This document shows positions 37,239 through 49,759 of a DNA stretch of 52,441 nucleotides, one piece after another. How positions within the stretch are numbered: position 1 is the first letter of the stretch; each line of letters begins with the position of its first letter. The translations under genes were made by a program, and so were the position numbers. The notes beneath the pieces were generated by a model. It was not told the DNA's origin. It worked only from the letters and a program-made list of their open reading frames with translations, and ran no database searches. Location: assembly GCF_018977255.1 (NCBI RefSeq), contig NW_024705349.1, positions 1 to 52,441 on the forward strand, in the 5' to 3' direction. This DNA is from Callorhinchus milii. Taxonomy: Eukaryota.

Positions 37239-37313
37239 TAACAATGGCTTTGAAGTGGGGCTGGGCACGCTGGGGTTGGTGTCCGGTATCTGCAATGGCT
37301 TGATGTCTTTCGG
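37239..37313 (+). CDS. SLC18B1: SLC18B1 exon 10: NNGFEVGLGTLGLVSGICNGLMSFG
   Basis: NGFE.GL.TLGLVSG homology. AG/GT boundaries, 75 bp. Confidence 0.93.
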
Positions 37314-37392
37314 GTGAGTATGGCCAACATCGGAATCAGAAGCATATTTCCCGAGTTAGCAGGTTACACAGGGCTGCGCTAGCGTGAAGGGT

Positions 37393-37688
37393 AAACGTTC
37401 ACTCCAGCAGGGCTTGTCAACGGGGCTGTATGGACTCGGAGGTAGTGGCATTGCTCAGAGCTTCTCATCTCAGCTCTAGAAACTTGTAGGTCGTGGCATT
37501 GATCAGGGATTCTCAACCCGGCTCTATCGACTCGTAGGTCGTGGCATTGACCAGGGCTTCTCAACCCGGCTCTATCGACTCGTAGGTCGTGGCATTGACC
37601 AGGGCTTCTCAACCCGGCTCTATCGACTCGTAGGTCGTGGCATTGACCAGGGCTTCTCAACCCGGCTCTATCGACTCGTAGGTCGTGG
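37393..37688. repeat. 48-bp minisatellite, ~6 units
   Basis: ggtcgtggcattgaccagggcttctcaacccggctctatcgactcgta recurs at 37489, 37537, 37585, 37633 and 37681, with degenerate units upstream. Confidence 0.95.
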
Positions 37689-38664
37689 ACTTCCCCTTGA
37701 GTCTGCACTGGGGGCCCAGTGCCAGGCTACGAATAAGGCAGGAAAGTTGACAGGGCGCGGTTCCATTCTTTGCACCAGGGCCCATTCATTGCCATCCATG
37801 CTTGAGTGCTGCCCACAGGGGTCCACTGGCATCATTAGGGGCCAAGGGGTCTGCTTCAGGGGCCACCACAAAGTGCAAAGAAATCCCCAAAGGAAAGTCC
37901 ACTCTGCCATGCAGAACCTCCTTGAAGAAGAGTCTTGAGATTAGGTGAGGGTTCCCAGGGAGACATTTCTAGGTAGGTAGGTGTTCATTTATAAAAATAT
38001 ATCCTTACACTTATTATACTACCCATTGTGCACGTAATAGTTGATTTTATTTAACTCAAACTCTTCCATTAGGCTGATGGTCAGAATTAAAGGGATTGCA
38101 CAAACAAGACACGAGTTGGCAGAGTACAGACAGTACAAATACGACTGGTAGTACACCATCGAGGAAGACGGGACAGTAATAAAATATAAATATTCCAAAA
38201 TGGGGAGTACAGACAAATTTCAACGCCTGAAATGCAACATATCGTGCATCTAGATTCAATAATTTCTTTACAACTGCTTTTTGTGTTTAGTTTGTTGTCC
38301 TCCTACACCTCAAATTATCACGGTTGGCGACATACGGCGCGAAAGTGGTTCACCATTCATACGTACATCGTCGTCGTCATTCATGGTCAGTTTGCGGTTT
38401 AATGAAAGACACTTCGAGCCTTCGCCATCTTTCGCGGTCCTGCGATACAACAATGAACCTATCACTGACAAACGAGCTGATTCCATTGCTCCAACTCTGT
38501 GGTGGATATGCTCCTAGGCACATTGAACCGTAGCTTACTTAATGACAACCGTTCTATTTTCCAGAAAGTTCCGTGACGTGGAGTATCTGCGTTAAGGTAT
38601 TCCATGAAATTAAAATCTCAGATGCGCGTTGTGCAGTGACGGCTGCCTTCCGTGTGGACCTCAG

Positions 38665-38758
38665 GAGCTTCATAGGTCCCACGCTGGGCGGACTCCTCGA
38701 TGACTACGTGAACTTCAAGTGGGCCGCCACCATGGAGGGGCTGCTCTTAATCCTTGCG
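38665..38758 (+). CDS. SLC18B1: SLC18B1 exon 11: SFIGPTLGGLLDDYVNFKWAATMEGLLLILA
   Basis: Contains the GPTLGG motif. AG/GT boundaries, 94 bp. Confidence 0.93.
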
Positions 38759-39299
38759 GTGAGCCACCGGTGGGGGGACATCACTCCAGACTTGCACGGA
38801 ACATCTGAGAGCAGCCACCATCGCACCTCTGTGAATGAATGGTGCCAGTCAGTGGACAGTTTATCAAATGAGTGTGCATTTAATTAATTGCTTTCCAAAT
38901 ATTATTAGAAATGTTTTATTGACTTAGAAGAGATTCAGAAATGCATAATGCTGTATAGATGGCCCGAATGTGGATGGAACAGCTGGTCATTCGGTCCAAG
39001 GTTAAAAACTCAGTTATTTTTTGTAAAATAGTAATACAAATGTACAGCCTTTGTCAATCCACTGCTGGATGAAGGCCTCCCCATGTCGTGTCGTTCATGG
39101 GGGTTGTTTGACCATACTTCATGCTGGTCAGTACAGGTTGGATAAACGATGGGGCCAGGTAAGATATCCCTCGCCACTGGTGTTATCTGTAGTTGGGATC
39201 GGGTCACTGGGTTTATGCAGCCGGGTGCTGGTGGCTATGCACGTGGCTAGGAAACCAGCACTGCGGAGGCAGCGAGGGTTGGTGGATCGGACAAATGAA

Positions 39300-39635
39300 C
39301 CTTATGGCGGTACCCCAGGGTACCATAGTACCCTGGCTCTCGCATAATGTCCGTGATGCAGTCATCTTTAGTCTGTTGATTGTCGGCGATGCGGCAATCG
39401 ACTCATCTCGACGTGCTGTACACGAGGCACTATGGTGCGTACGAACGTTCAGGGTTTCAGCGCAATCGTCCTCGCTGCGTTTCGACATCGTGGAGTAGCA
39501 CCACTGATTTCGGATTGATTGGTACCCCGTCGCGGAGTGAAGTACACCCCTGGAAAAAAATGGTGTCCCAGAAATAAAATATTGAATTGCCTCGGCCATT
39601 TTGTATTATTGGTACCCCGGGGTACCGCCATAAGG
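39300..39635. mobile_element. MITE with 26-bp TIRs, probably piggyBac-like
   Basis: ccttatggcggtaccccagggtacca ... tggtaccccggggtaccgccataagg (1 mismatch). The flanks tgaa/atcaa resemble decayed TTAA. Confidence 0.7.
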
Positions 39636-40503
39636 ATCAAATGACAAAATGTTGCGAGACTTCCTTGAGGCATCGAGGTGCAATACCGTGGCTTGCCAGC
39701 AGGTTGAGGTACAGCAAAGTGTGCATTGATACCAACTGTCCGCTCTGTATGATATAAACAGTTTTCTCCTTTTAAAGGTCCGTGGGCCACTGGTGGCACC
39801 TGGTGGTCTTTAGTGTGGCCCCTGACGTGAGGCCCACGACAATACACAAAAGTGAAAACACCTCCCCATCATCATCGTGCTGCTGTCAAACCCCAATGCT
39901 TTGAAATGTGTTGCGGCCCTCACACTGATGATGTCTTATTGGCGAAAGGGAAAATTAATGAAGACCACTGGTATAGAGGGTTGCCCTCTCGCAAACATGG
40001 ATTTTATCCTGGGCCTCTGGTATCCTCCCACATGTGTAGTGACATCGCGGATGTCACTGTGTAATGCCGGCCCTAGAGAGGCACGGCGTGCGGTGTATTG
40101 ACATCTCGGGCACCACTCACATGTGGCTGCAGTACCGGCCCTGGAGGGGCCTATTGAGCGCTGACTGACAGCGCTTGATGGCACCACGCTCTGCATGCAG
40201 TGCCGACCCCTACAGGATAGGGAGGGAGAGTGTCGGCCACAGGGAATTGGGTTACGATAGGCCGTGGCACTCTGGTTCACCCCAGAGGACACGTGACCGG
40301 TTAAGTCTACACAGGGCCTCCAGGTGGGGGCTCGGGGTGGTCACGTGTCAGGGCCGAGATCCTGCTCGAGGGTTCTCGAAGGTGGGCGTGGCTAAGGGTG
40401 GAGCCAGTGGAGTCAGCCACGCCAAGAGGGACCGGCTGCTCTTTTTCATCCAGAAGAATCTACGTTCTACATCCTACAGAGTCTCCAACACGTGGACCTG
40501 GAC

Positions 40504-42057
40504 CTCTGAGTATGCTCCCATGTTCTCCTTGAATTGATCAAGATGAGCATCAAGGATATGGACTTTGAGGGACATCCTACAGCCCATTGTGCCGTAGTTC
40601 TTCACCAGAGTCTCAACCAGCTCCACATAGTTTTCGACCTTGTGATTGCCCAGGAAGCCACGAACCACTGCGACAAAGCTGTTCCAAGCCACTTTCTCTT
40701 TACTAGTGAGCTTCTTGGGGAATTCATTGCACTCCAGGATCTTCTTTATCTGTGGTCCGACGAAGACACCGGCTTTGACCTTTGCCTCAGACAGCTTAGG
40801 GAAGAAGTCTTGAAGGTACTTGAAGGCTGCCGACTCCTTATCGACAGCTCTGACAAATTGTTTCATAAGGCCCAATTTGATGTGCAGTGGTGGCATCAGC
40901 ACCTTCCGGGGGTCCACCAGTGGCTCCCACTTGACGTTGTTCCTCCCCACAGAGAACTCGGTCCGCTGTGGCCAGTTCCCCCTGTGGTAGTGCGCCTTGG
41001 TGTCCCTGCTGTCCCAAAGGCAAAGATAGCAGGGAAACTTGGTAAAACCGCCTTGGAGACCCATCAGGAATGCCACCATTTTGAAGTCTCCGATGACCTC
41101 CCAGCCGTACTCATCATACTTCAAGGCGTCCAGCAAGGTCTTGATGCTGTTGTAATCCTCTTTGAGGTGCACCGAGTGAGCCAGGGGAAGAGACGGGTAC
41201 TTGTTACCATTATGGAGCAGCACGGCTTTGAGGCTCCTGGATGAGCTGTCAATGAAGAGGCGCCACTCATTCTGGTTACAGGCGATTCCGATTGCCTCGA
41301 ACAGACTGGTCACATTGTGGCAGAAGCAGAGCCCATCTTGACGGGTGAAGAAGCTGCAAAAAGGTTGGTGACGCTTCCTCTGATCTGCGACTTGCACACT
41401 TTCATCCAACAAGTTCCACTGCTTGAGCCTAGACGTCAAAAGCTCGGCATTGGACTTGGTGAGACCAAGATCTCTGATCAAGTCGTTGAGGTCTTTTTGG
41501 TTGGGGTAGTATGGGTTTCTCTCCTCAGCTCCACCTCTGAAATTGTCATCTGGATCTACAACGTCTTCCTCGCTCTCTGACTTGCTGCTCTCTTCTAAAG
41601 ACGGCTGCTCTCTCTCCGGAGGAGTGGGTACGGGGAGCTCATGGCAGTGTGGCACCGGGGCGATGGATGAAGGAAGGTCCGGATACGTGATAGCAGGTGC
41701 ATTTTTGCCAGTCCGACGTTTGGAAGGGTCCACCATGCAGAAGTAGCAGTTGCTTGAGTGGTCAGTGGGTTCCCGCCAAATTCTTGTGATAGCGAACTTC
41801 ATGGCAAAATGCGTCTGCCGGATGCTTGCATATTACTGGAAACTTGTAGACTATTCTAGAAGTTACTCCAAGTTTACTCAGCATTGAATAGATCTGGAAT
41901 GTTCAGGAAAATAGGTAAATTTCAAAATATCACTGTCCAGGTCACAAAAGCAAAGTTCGTGGGGAATAATAGCCATTTTATGTACCTTTGAGGCATAAGC
42001 AATTAGGAAATAACACTACCCAGGAACAAAAAATAAAAAATAAACTGTTACACAGTG
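40504..42057 (-). mobile_element. Chapaev3-type (CMC superfamily) DNA transposon, internally deleted and 3'-truncated, with transposase ORF 40474-41802
   Basis: Motifs WREPxDH..CYFC, LNDLIRDLGL, WRLFIDSS, LHNGN, PPLHIKLGLMKQF and SLKVHIL. The minus-strand terminus CACTGTGTAACA is at 42057. The ORF diverges after GAYSE. Confidence 0.88.
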
Positions 42058-42304
42058 CGATTCAATATGTTCTTTCACGTAATGCCTTACCCGTGAGTCA
42101 GCGTGTAGTTTTGAGATGTAAATGCAATGGGTGGGTGAGGACTGGGCTGGATGAGTTCATTTCCCCACCAAGTTGGCAACAGTAAAGGAAACTGTTGAGA
42201 CGTTACTCGGGCTGTCGTGAACAACACACAACTGGCTACACTTTGTAGTACATCACTGTGGTCTGTCTGTGATTGTAACACTCTTTTCAATTATTCTATT
42301 CCAG

Positions 42305-42354
42305 GCATTCCTCATGCTTGCATTTTACAGCTACGAGTGCATCAGTGAAAACAG
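42305..42354 (+). CDS. SLC18B1: SLC18B1 exon 12: AFLMLAFYSYECISENR
   Basis: ttccag/gtattt boundaries, 50 bp. Completes TM12 with consistent phase. Confidence 0.82.
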
Positions 42355-42903
42355 GTATTTGCACAGTGGTCTGACCATGCCGGCCTGCTATCACAGGGTT
42401 TTTATTTAATTTCCCAGCCACGTCCGCTCCTGTGTAGCCAGCCAACTACACAGGAGCGTATCGTAGTCACAAGTTACCCAGGTGTATATCGTCACTCGCG
42501 GTTACTCGTTCAGTTATCAGTGAGTCGGTGGACTTTATACACAATGTACATATAACTGAACAAGACGGTGTCTCTGAGAGCGACATTACACATGTATCCA
42601 AATTACATAGAGACTGCCCCCATTGTGAAAAAATGTGGAATTTTCACCACTGGCTGACATCTGCCAATGGGAATGGGCACTATACCCTTAAAATATGTCC
42701 CCACTGGGTACACCATATCCGGTATACCTCTCAGCTATAGCTGTGGCTACTAGTTCTCTACCTACTCCGGTCTACCAGCAAACCTGCAAAAAATATTCGG
42801 TGAACAATTAAGCCCTGTGAATAACCAAGTTGCACCACGCTCACGTTGTTGAGAGTGCATTTCACACATCCCGTGTCCGCTTCTGTTACCACGTTCTCTG
42901 CAG

Positions 42904-42967
42904 GCACCGCCAGACAGAAGAGCTGCTCGGCGATGTGGAGGAGGCCACCAGACCCCTGCTGTCCTAG
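42904..42967 (+). CDS. SLC18B1: SLC18B1 terminal exon: HRQTEELLGDVEEATRPLLS* (acidic dileucine-like tail)
   Basis: ctctgcag acceptor and TAG at 42965-42967. Resembles human EEERTTLL. AATAAA occurs at 43195 and 43381. Confidence 0.85.
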
Positions 42968-45319
42968 CGCTGGTGGAGTTGGACAAGCCAAGCATCGGCG
43001 TTCAACGTGCGAGGGTCGTGGTGCAATCGCGGTCAATTGTGCCAGCATTAGCACACGGCACTCATTGCAAGCAAAAGAGGTGGATCGAGAAACTTGGCAA
43101 GGGAGAGGTGGTTCTGAAATTTCAAGATTTTTTAAATGGGCCCTAAATTGATCATAGTAATAATGAAATCTATTTACTTTTACTGGTAAATATCAATAAA
43201 ATACTCATCAGATTTTAGGGTTTTCAAGGTGCCACCCCTCTGGATCTACCACTGATGCAAGCAAGAACACATTATAAATGTGTAGACGTGGAAAGGTGGC
43301 TCACAGGTGATAGTGCTGGGCTGGAACCGTTGTGAACCTATTTTCGATTCTAGGCAGCTGCCACCATTAAATCAAAGTGCAATAAACTGGTAGTCTTCGC
43401 CCAGTCACCACTAATTGCACACAAAAAAACAGCACGGTAAATTAAATTCTGCACTTAACGTTGAATGCCAGCACTGAGCTGATTATTGGTTTTACTGTCA
43501 TGCGATGAGCATTACTCTGTCCCCTACTCTGTTGACCAGAGGTCACTTTAAAGGACCGAGAGATCCGAGTGGATTCTTCTAATCTTGAAAAAATGTTGGT
43601 TGCACATTTTGGGAGAATTGTTGGGAAAATACCAAATGAAAATGAGTATTGAGACTCAAGTGTTCCTGCAGTCAGACATTTGATGAGAATTGCAGAATTG
43701 TAGTTGTCCGTGTGCAAAATTGTACAAATGTGCATGACAAAATAATCTGACCACCATTATTATTGCATGATGTTTATCATAAAAAGTAAGCGGCTGCCAA
43801 AAATGTTAACCTCCAGATTACATTTAAACTACTGTACAGTGTTGATGATGGTCATCTCTTTTTGTTTGTGCCTGTACACCAGTGCAGTCCCAGACAGTAT
43901 ATTTATTTTTAATCGTGCACAGATCACATCAGAATCAAGTGAAAATATATTGAGATATAGTGGAATTTTTTAACTCGATAAGGAATTGGAAAAAAACATC
44001 CCAAGTTCGGAATCTCATGAAATCATGAGATGAAGGTTGATGTTTTTGTGAGTAAAGGAAAATTGTTGACACTTTTGAGAGGAAATGCCACTGAGACCAC
44101 TGATTTTAAGACTTAACTTTTTAATTTGCCTTACTCGGAACGGTTTTACCACCTCTTATGTATCGAAGAATATTTGTGCCTTAGATTTCTCAGAAATGTG
44201 AAAAATACTGAAACTAATTTAAGCTGGCTGTAGCATATCCATTATTCTGTTCACATGTGTTGTAATATATTTACTATGTATTGCACTACAAATTTGTCGG
44301 TTGCATTGTTTTAAAAGTACAGCATGCTTAAGCTAACGGTACCTTGTCTGAGGCACAGGCTGGAAACCTTAACTGGCTCGAATGCTAAACAAGTCTCTCA
44401 TGTACGAGGAACATCCTGATGGTAATTAACCATATTTGTTCATCAACTAACAACATATGACCGTCTAACAAAAGGCGTGTGAATTTAACGTGTGAAAACG
44501 TCAGGAAGCAGGTCAAATTATTTGAAGATGGTAATAGTGGAGACATTGTCGTTAAATCAAGCAGTGGCAGATGACTCCAACAATTACGCAGAGCGGAGGA
44601 AATCATTCGTACTATCGTTGCAAATTGGTCACCATACTGTCAGGACTATGTCATATATTGGCTTATCATTATATATGTGGATAGTGTTTGATTGAGTGTG
44701 GCTATGCAAGTTGTGGGCCTGGTGGAGGCACTTCCAGTTGAGCCTCTCTGTTTCTGTTAGCGGGGAATATATTGCGTGTATTTATGGAATCGAAAGTAAG
44801 TTTAAATGTAAATAAAGTTCCTTTCAAAGTGATATCGTTCAAACACTTAAAATTCTTTGCATTGTTTGTCATCTTCACACGTCTCATCTCATGTTCTCTT
44901 CTACGCTACATTGCTGTTCTTGTAATGATAGAGTTTAAAACTCGATAAAAGACTGTAGTATAGAACACACCATTAAGAGACATGGACTGGATGAAGACCT
45001 CCCCGTGCCGGCCATGTGGATTGGTGACTAGGGGACTCGGGACCAACTCAGATGTAAGCCGTGGCACTGAACTCAGCCGGATTCAGAGTGCAGTACGCAT
45101 CTAAGAGCATAACATTAACTTAAAATTTTGACAAAAAAAATTTACACTAATCAATTTTCAGGTCCAGCCAAAACAAAACCCATTGCAATAAGTCAAAAGT
45201 GTTTATTTCGTGGGATATAATAGCCGCGCCGAATGAACATGGACTATCCACCACTGCTCCCACGTCCAGGGCAATTCTCTATACCAGCAGCAGCAAATTC
45301 GAACTTCCCCGCGTTTCAA

Positions 45320-45500
45320 AACAGCTGCTAGCCCACGTGACCTAAGCGCGCTCGGAATTGTTTTGGCTGTCGCGCGCTCCGATTGGCCGGCGGCTCCCTC
45401 CGCTCGCCCCGCCCCCCTCCCACGTGCGCTCCACTTCCGCTGTCAAGCGGCCTGGAATAGCACGTGGAGTGGTGACCGCGGGGTGAGCCTCCGATCCGCC
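45320..45500 (+). promoter_or_regulatory. CpG-rich housekeeping-type promoter with candidate non-coding first exon
   Basis: Three CACGTG E-boxes, an inverted CCAAT (gattgg), a GC box (ccccgccccc), an ETS site (cacttccg) and a donor-like gtgagc at 45483. Confidence 0.55.
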
Positions 45501-45804
45501 GGTGAACCGACCCGCCTCTGCCCCCCTCTTTACTCCAGAGACCCGCGCCTAGGCCACCCGCTACACGGCGTCAACGTGTGGTGGGACTCCGAGTGCGAGG
45601 TGGGTGGCGTGCGATTATTTTGGGTTTGTTTCTTCTGCGGGTCACTCCGCGGTTTGTATTCCCACGTTTAGAATGGAGGCGCGTTTTGATTACTTGGCCG
45701 CGTGTATAATGGTGCACGTGATAAGCAGTTGAAGCCGCTGCGTTGAGATATCATTTGTGATGGATAGGTCGTTTCTAAAAAAAAATAATAGCTCAGTGGA
45801 CTTT

Positions 45805-46163
45805 GGGGCCGTCCATAAATGACGTCACGCACCTAGGGGGGGGGGTCAGACATTTGTGACGATGGGGGGGGTGTGAGAAATGTGACGTCACATCAAAATG
45901 CGCTACTTTAAATATAGACAAGACGTTCTACTTAATCTAATAGACTTTTTAATAAATGTTTTCTCCTACAACATCAGAATGCAGCGCCACATTAAATACG
46001 CACTACAATGACAATAGTTTAAAACGATTTGAAGCGTGTTTTATTTTGGGGGGGGCAGAGCTTTGTGACGTAATAATTGAGGGGGGGGGGTCTGACTTTT
46101 TGTGACGCCGTGTGACGAGGGGGGGGGGTCAAAAATCGCGTGACGTCATTTATGGACGGCCCC
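45805..46163. mobile_element. PIF/Harbinger-type MITE, copy 1
   Basis: Perfect TIRs GGGGCCGTCCATAAATGACGTCA. Confidence 0.88.
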
Positions 46164-47130
46164 TAATAGCTCAGTGGACTTTACCTCGTAAGATTTTTGT
46201 TTAAGTTTTGTTTTATTTATGTTTTTTGGAAGTGATTTGTTTACCTTTTCTATACTTTGCAATCTGTGTCGTGTTTTTGTTGTAACGTTCTGACCCACCC
46301 CGACTGGACATCTGTGAAAAATAACTTTATAGCTCATCGGATTCCTCCTCCAGTATACCGACTATAATCACAACGCTCGTGACGTCACTCCACGGCGACC
46401 AGCCCCCCTCATTAATAATCATGAGCGGGTGACGTCACTCAATATAGAGTGCTCCCTCCCTCCTCGCTAATAATCATGAGCAGGTGACGTCACTCCTTTG
46501 AACAGCCCCCTCATTAATAATGATGAGCAGGTGACGTCACTCCACAAGGACACCCCCCCATTCATAATAATAATTAGCAGGTGACGTCACTCCACATGGG
46601 GGCCGAGGCGCCTCCTCCCCCCTCCTCAGCATCAACTTACAACCCTCACTACAAAGGCAGAACCCTCACGTCACGTGATCTCCACAACGCTGTTGAGACA
46701 TAGAAGTAAAAAGGACGTCATGATGAACAAGGATGATAACCTTCAAATGAAATAGGTCTGTGTCACCGCGCCCTTACAGAGTGCGCACGAATGCATGCAA
46801 TGAACATATCACGTCGCGGTCTGATTTTCGCCTGCACGTTTCAGATTGACTGCAATACACCCGTCCTTGGACGGGCAAAAGGCGAGTTTATAATCATACC
46901 ATCGTGGTATCCGCTCACTCTTGTTAGAGAGACGACTCAAGGTGCGCGAGGAATCGCAGAGAAGCGTGAAGGCAGCCACGCCCACAGGTGCCCCAGCTCT
47001 GCGGTCCTCTATGGCCGTGATATCCGGTCACTTGATGAGTTGTTTACACGTGGGAGGAAATCCGGAGCACCCGGAGGAAATCCACGCGTGCGAGCGATGG
47101 GGAAACGCTTCGCCATACCAAGGTGACACA

Positions 47131-47522
47131 GTCGGGTTTTTGCCAATCGGGTTTAATTGTCTTTTTATATTAAACCCGATCATCTGAGATTTGGAGAAAT
47201 CCGGTTTAATTGGTTCTAATTTCAGAACCGGACTTCTCAACGATGGGCTTCATCCATTCCAAGTTAAGGAACTCAGTGGCGCCCACGATTGTGGAGGAGA
47301 AGCTCGTGTTCATCAAGACCAACCTGCCCGCCGCATTCTACGACTACCCCGTGCCCGACGGCCCCGAGTACGATAGCAGCACCGACGAGGAAGCAGCCTA
47401 AGCCTTGCATCAGAGTTTCGTATTCATTACACCAGGTTTTAATTCCCCGAAATCGGGTTTAATTGTATTAAAGAAAAAACCCGATGCCTGCCGCTGGAAA
47501 AATCGGGTTTTTTCCACCCATG
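47131..47522 (+). mobile_element. hAT transposon 3' remnant (dimerisation domain and right end)
   Basis: Peptide FSTMGFIHSKLRNS.....EKLVFIKTN. Subterminal aaacccg/cgggttt repeats and end ...ttttttccacccatg. Confidence 0.7.
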
Positions 47523-47685
47523 CGCCATACAGACGGAAGAGGTGGAGAGTTCCACATCCCTGCAAGACTGCCTTCGGCAGAGCCACCTGGTGGACGCGCA
47601 CGGGAAGGGAGTTTAACAACATTTGTGCAGTGATCCATCAACCCTCGTTACTGCTGCTGCTGGATTACAGGCAGCCACGTGCATA

Positions 47686-47972
47686 GGGGCCGTTCATAAA
47701 TGACGTCACGCACCTAGGGGGGGGTCAGACATTTGTGACGATGTGTGACGAGGGGGGGTTGAGAAATGTGACGTCACATCAAAATGCGCAACTTTAAATA
47801 AATATAGACAACACGTTCTCCTTAATGAAATAGACTTTTTAATAAATGTTTTCTCCGACAACATTACAACATCAGAGTGCAGCGCCACATTAAATACGCA
47901 CTACATTGACAATAGTTTAAAGCTATTTGAAGCATGTTTTATTTTGACATGACGTCATTTATGGACGGCCCC
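47686..47972. mobile_element. PIF/Harbinger-type MITE, copy 2
   Basis: Same TIRs with one mismatch. 3-bp TSD ATA on both sides. Confidence 0.88.
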
Positions 47973-49759
47973 ATAGTCGTGAGTGTGATTCTGCGTATAA
48001 TTATCGTACAGCGTTGTGAGATGCAATGAGCGTGGATGACGCAAATATGAAAGCTGAAATTATAATTGCTACCACGGTTCGTAATAAAGATGTTTTTTTG
48101 GGGTTAGATCGCGTACAATATAAATGTGTCGTGAACCCACCACCACCCGACACAGCAAATCAGTAGGGTTTGTCACGTAAACCAAACGTGCCACTACTTC
48201 AGCACGCCGGTTGTGTGTTGGAGAGTAAACCGACAACATTGACAATTGGCATGAATTCAGGAACGACCACGACGGTCCTGGATGAGAGGCGGTGCACGGC
48301 CACCGCCACCGCCGCCCGGCTGACACGAATTGGTGAGGCGGCCCCACTTGATGGGAAGCCGAGCACTGGGTTGGTTCCCTCGAGACCGGCTCTTGCCAGC
48401 ATTGCTTGACGTGTACAGCCCTCTTGTGAATACACTGCTGGTTGACTGCCTCCCCAAGCGGAGCCTTTTGGGGCGATTTTATGAAAGCTCAGCGGAGGTA
48501 GACATGGACGCTGGGAGCGCAGATGTACAGTACAACAACGCATTTTGCTGCACTCCCCTCTGCTGCTGACCACGTAGCCCCGCAGCACCCCATAGCAACC
48601 TGTTGTGCATGGCAGTGGGCCGTTACGTGCGCTCTCCGCACTCAACCCCTGGTTGTTTTTACGAGATTTGGCGAGATGGGCCCACTCGTTTCGGGCGATT
48701 TGGCCAAATGTGGCTTCTGGTAAAGCAACGAGGGCTTTCTCATGGTCTGATGCTCTAATACGAGTGGGTTTTGTGACTCTTACAATTTGGATGTTTCTGG
48801 CATCGCAGTGCCACTGGATCACAAGGCACTGGACAGACTCGCGCGGTGGCGAGATGAAGCTTGCCAAAGCGAAAAGCAGTCCGCGACGTGGTATTAATTG
48901 CATGAATTCGTGTGCAATCTGTAAGGGCGCGGTGAGACAGACCTATTTAATTTGAAGGTTATAATCCCTTGTTCATCATGACGTCCTTTTAGTTCTGTCT
49001 CAAAAGCGTTACGGAGACCGCGTGACGTGAGGGTTCTGCCTTTTCGTAGTGAGGGTTGTAAGTTGACGATGAGGAGGGGGAGGAGGTGCCTCGGCCCCCC
49101 ATGTGGAGTGACGTCAGCCGCTAATTATTATGAATTGGGGGAGAGGATGTCCATTTGGTCACCTGCTCATGGGATGCTGGTCGATGTGGAGTGACGTCAC
49201 GGGCATTAAGGAGATTCCTGGGTGATTATAGTAGGTATAGCCAGGTCACTTCTGAAAAAAAACAGCTAAATAGTTCAGTGGGCCTGACCTGGTTAACATA
49301 ATAAATTGTTGAGGTTTAAAGTTTAATAGACCAATCTTTGATGCTGACAAATTGAAGAACCACCGTTCAGTGTCACATTTGCCATCTATCTTGAATCTGC
49401 TTAAAAAAGTTTAACCACGTAGACTTTCATGATCAATATGTCGCCATAATATAGAGGTTTTTTTGGGTTAGATCACGTAAATATGTAAATGTCGTTAAAC
49501 CCGCCACCACCCTACACAGTCAATTAATCTGGCTGTTGCCTGCTGCAGCTAATTCTAATTACTGGCGAAATGTCATACTCAGATTGTAAATGTTGTAAAT
49601 TGGCATGTTCTGTTTACGTGACAAACCTTAATAATTGGCTGTGTCCACGAGGTGGCGGGTTTAATTACACATTTAAATTTACGCGATCTCACCCAAAAAT
49701 AACCTGCTTTACAAAACATTTGCAATTGCAGCTGCAGGCACTTTCTGATGACACATTCA

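Larger units (their letters stand above)
46354..49239. mobile_element. Foldback-like element or inverted pair with ~370-480 bp arms (46354-46831 and 48869-49239), superfamily unknown
   Basis: The arms are reverse complements with termini tataccgactataatcac / gtgattatagtaggtata. The spacer holds nested hAT, SINE and MITE pieces. Confidence 0.7.

Noticed and set aside
37393..37688. CRISPR-like array or repeat-protein ORF 37379-37708
   Set aside because: The units are contiguous with no unique spacers. It is an intronic minisatellite in a eukaryote.
40534..41244. 236-aa plus-strand ORF
   Set aside because: Antisense to the Chapaev transposase.
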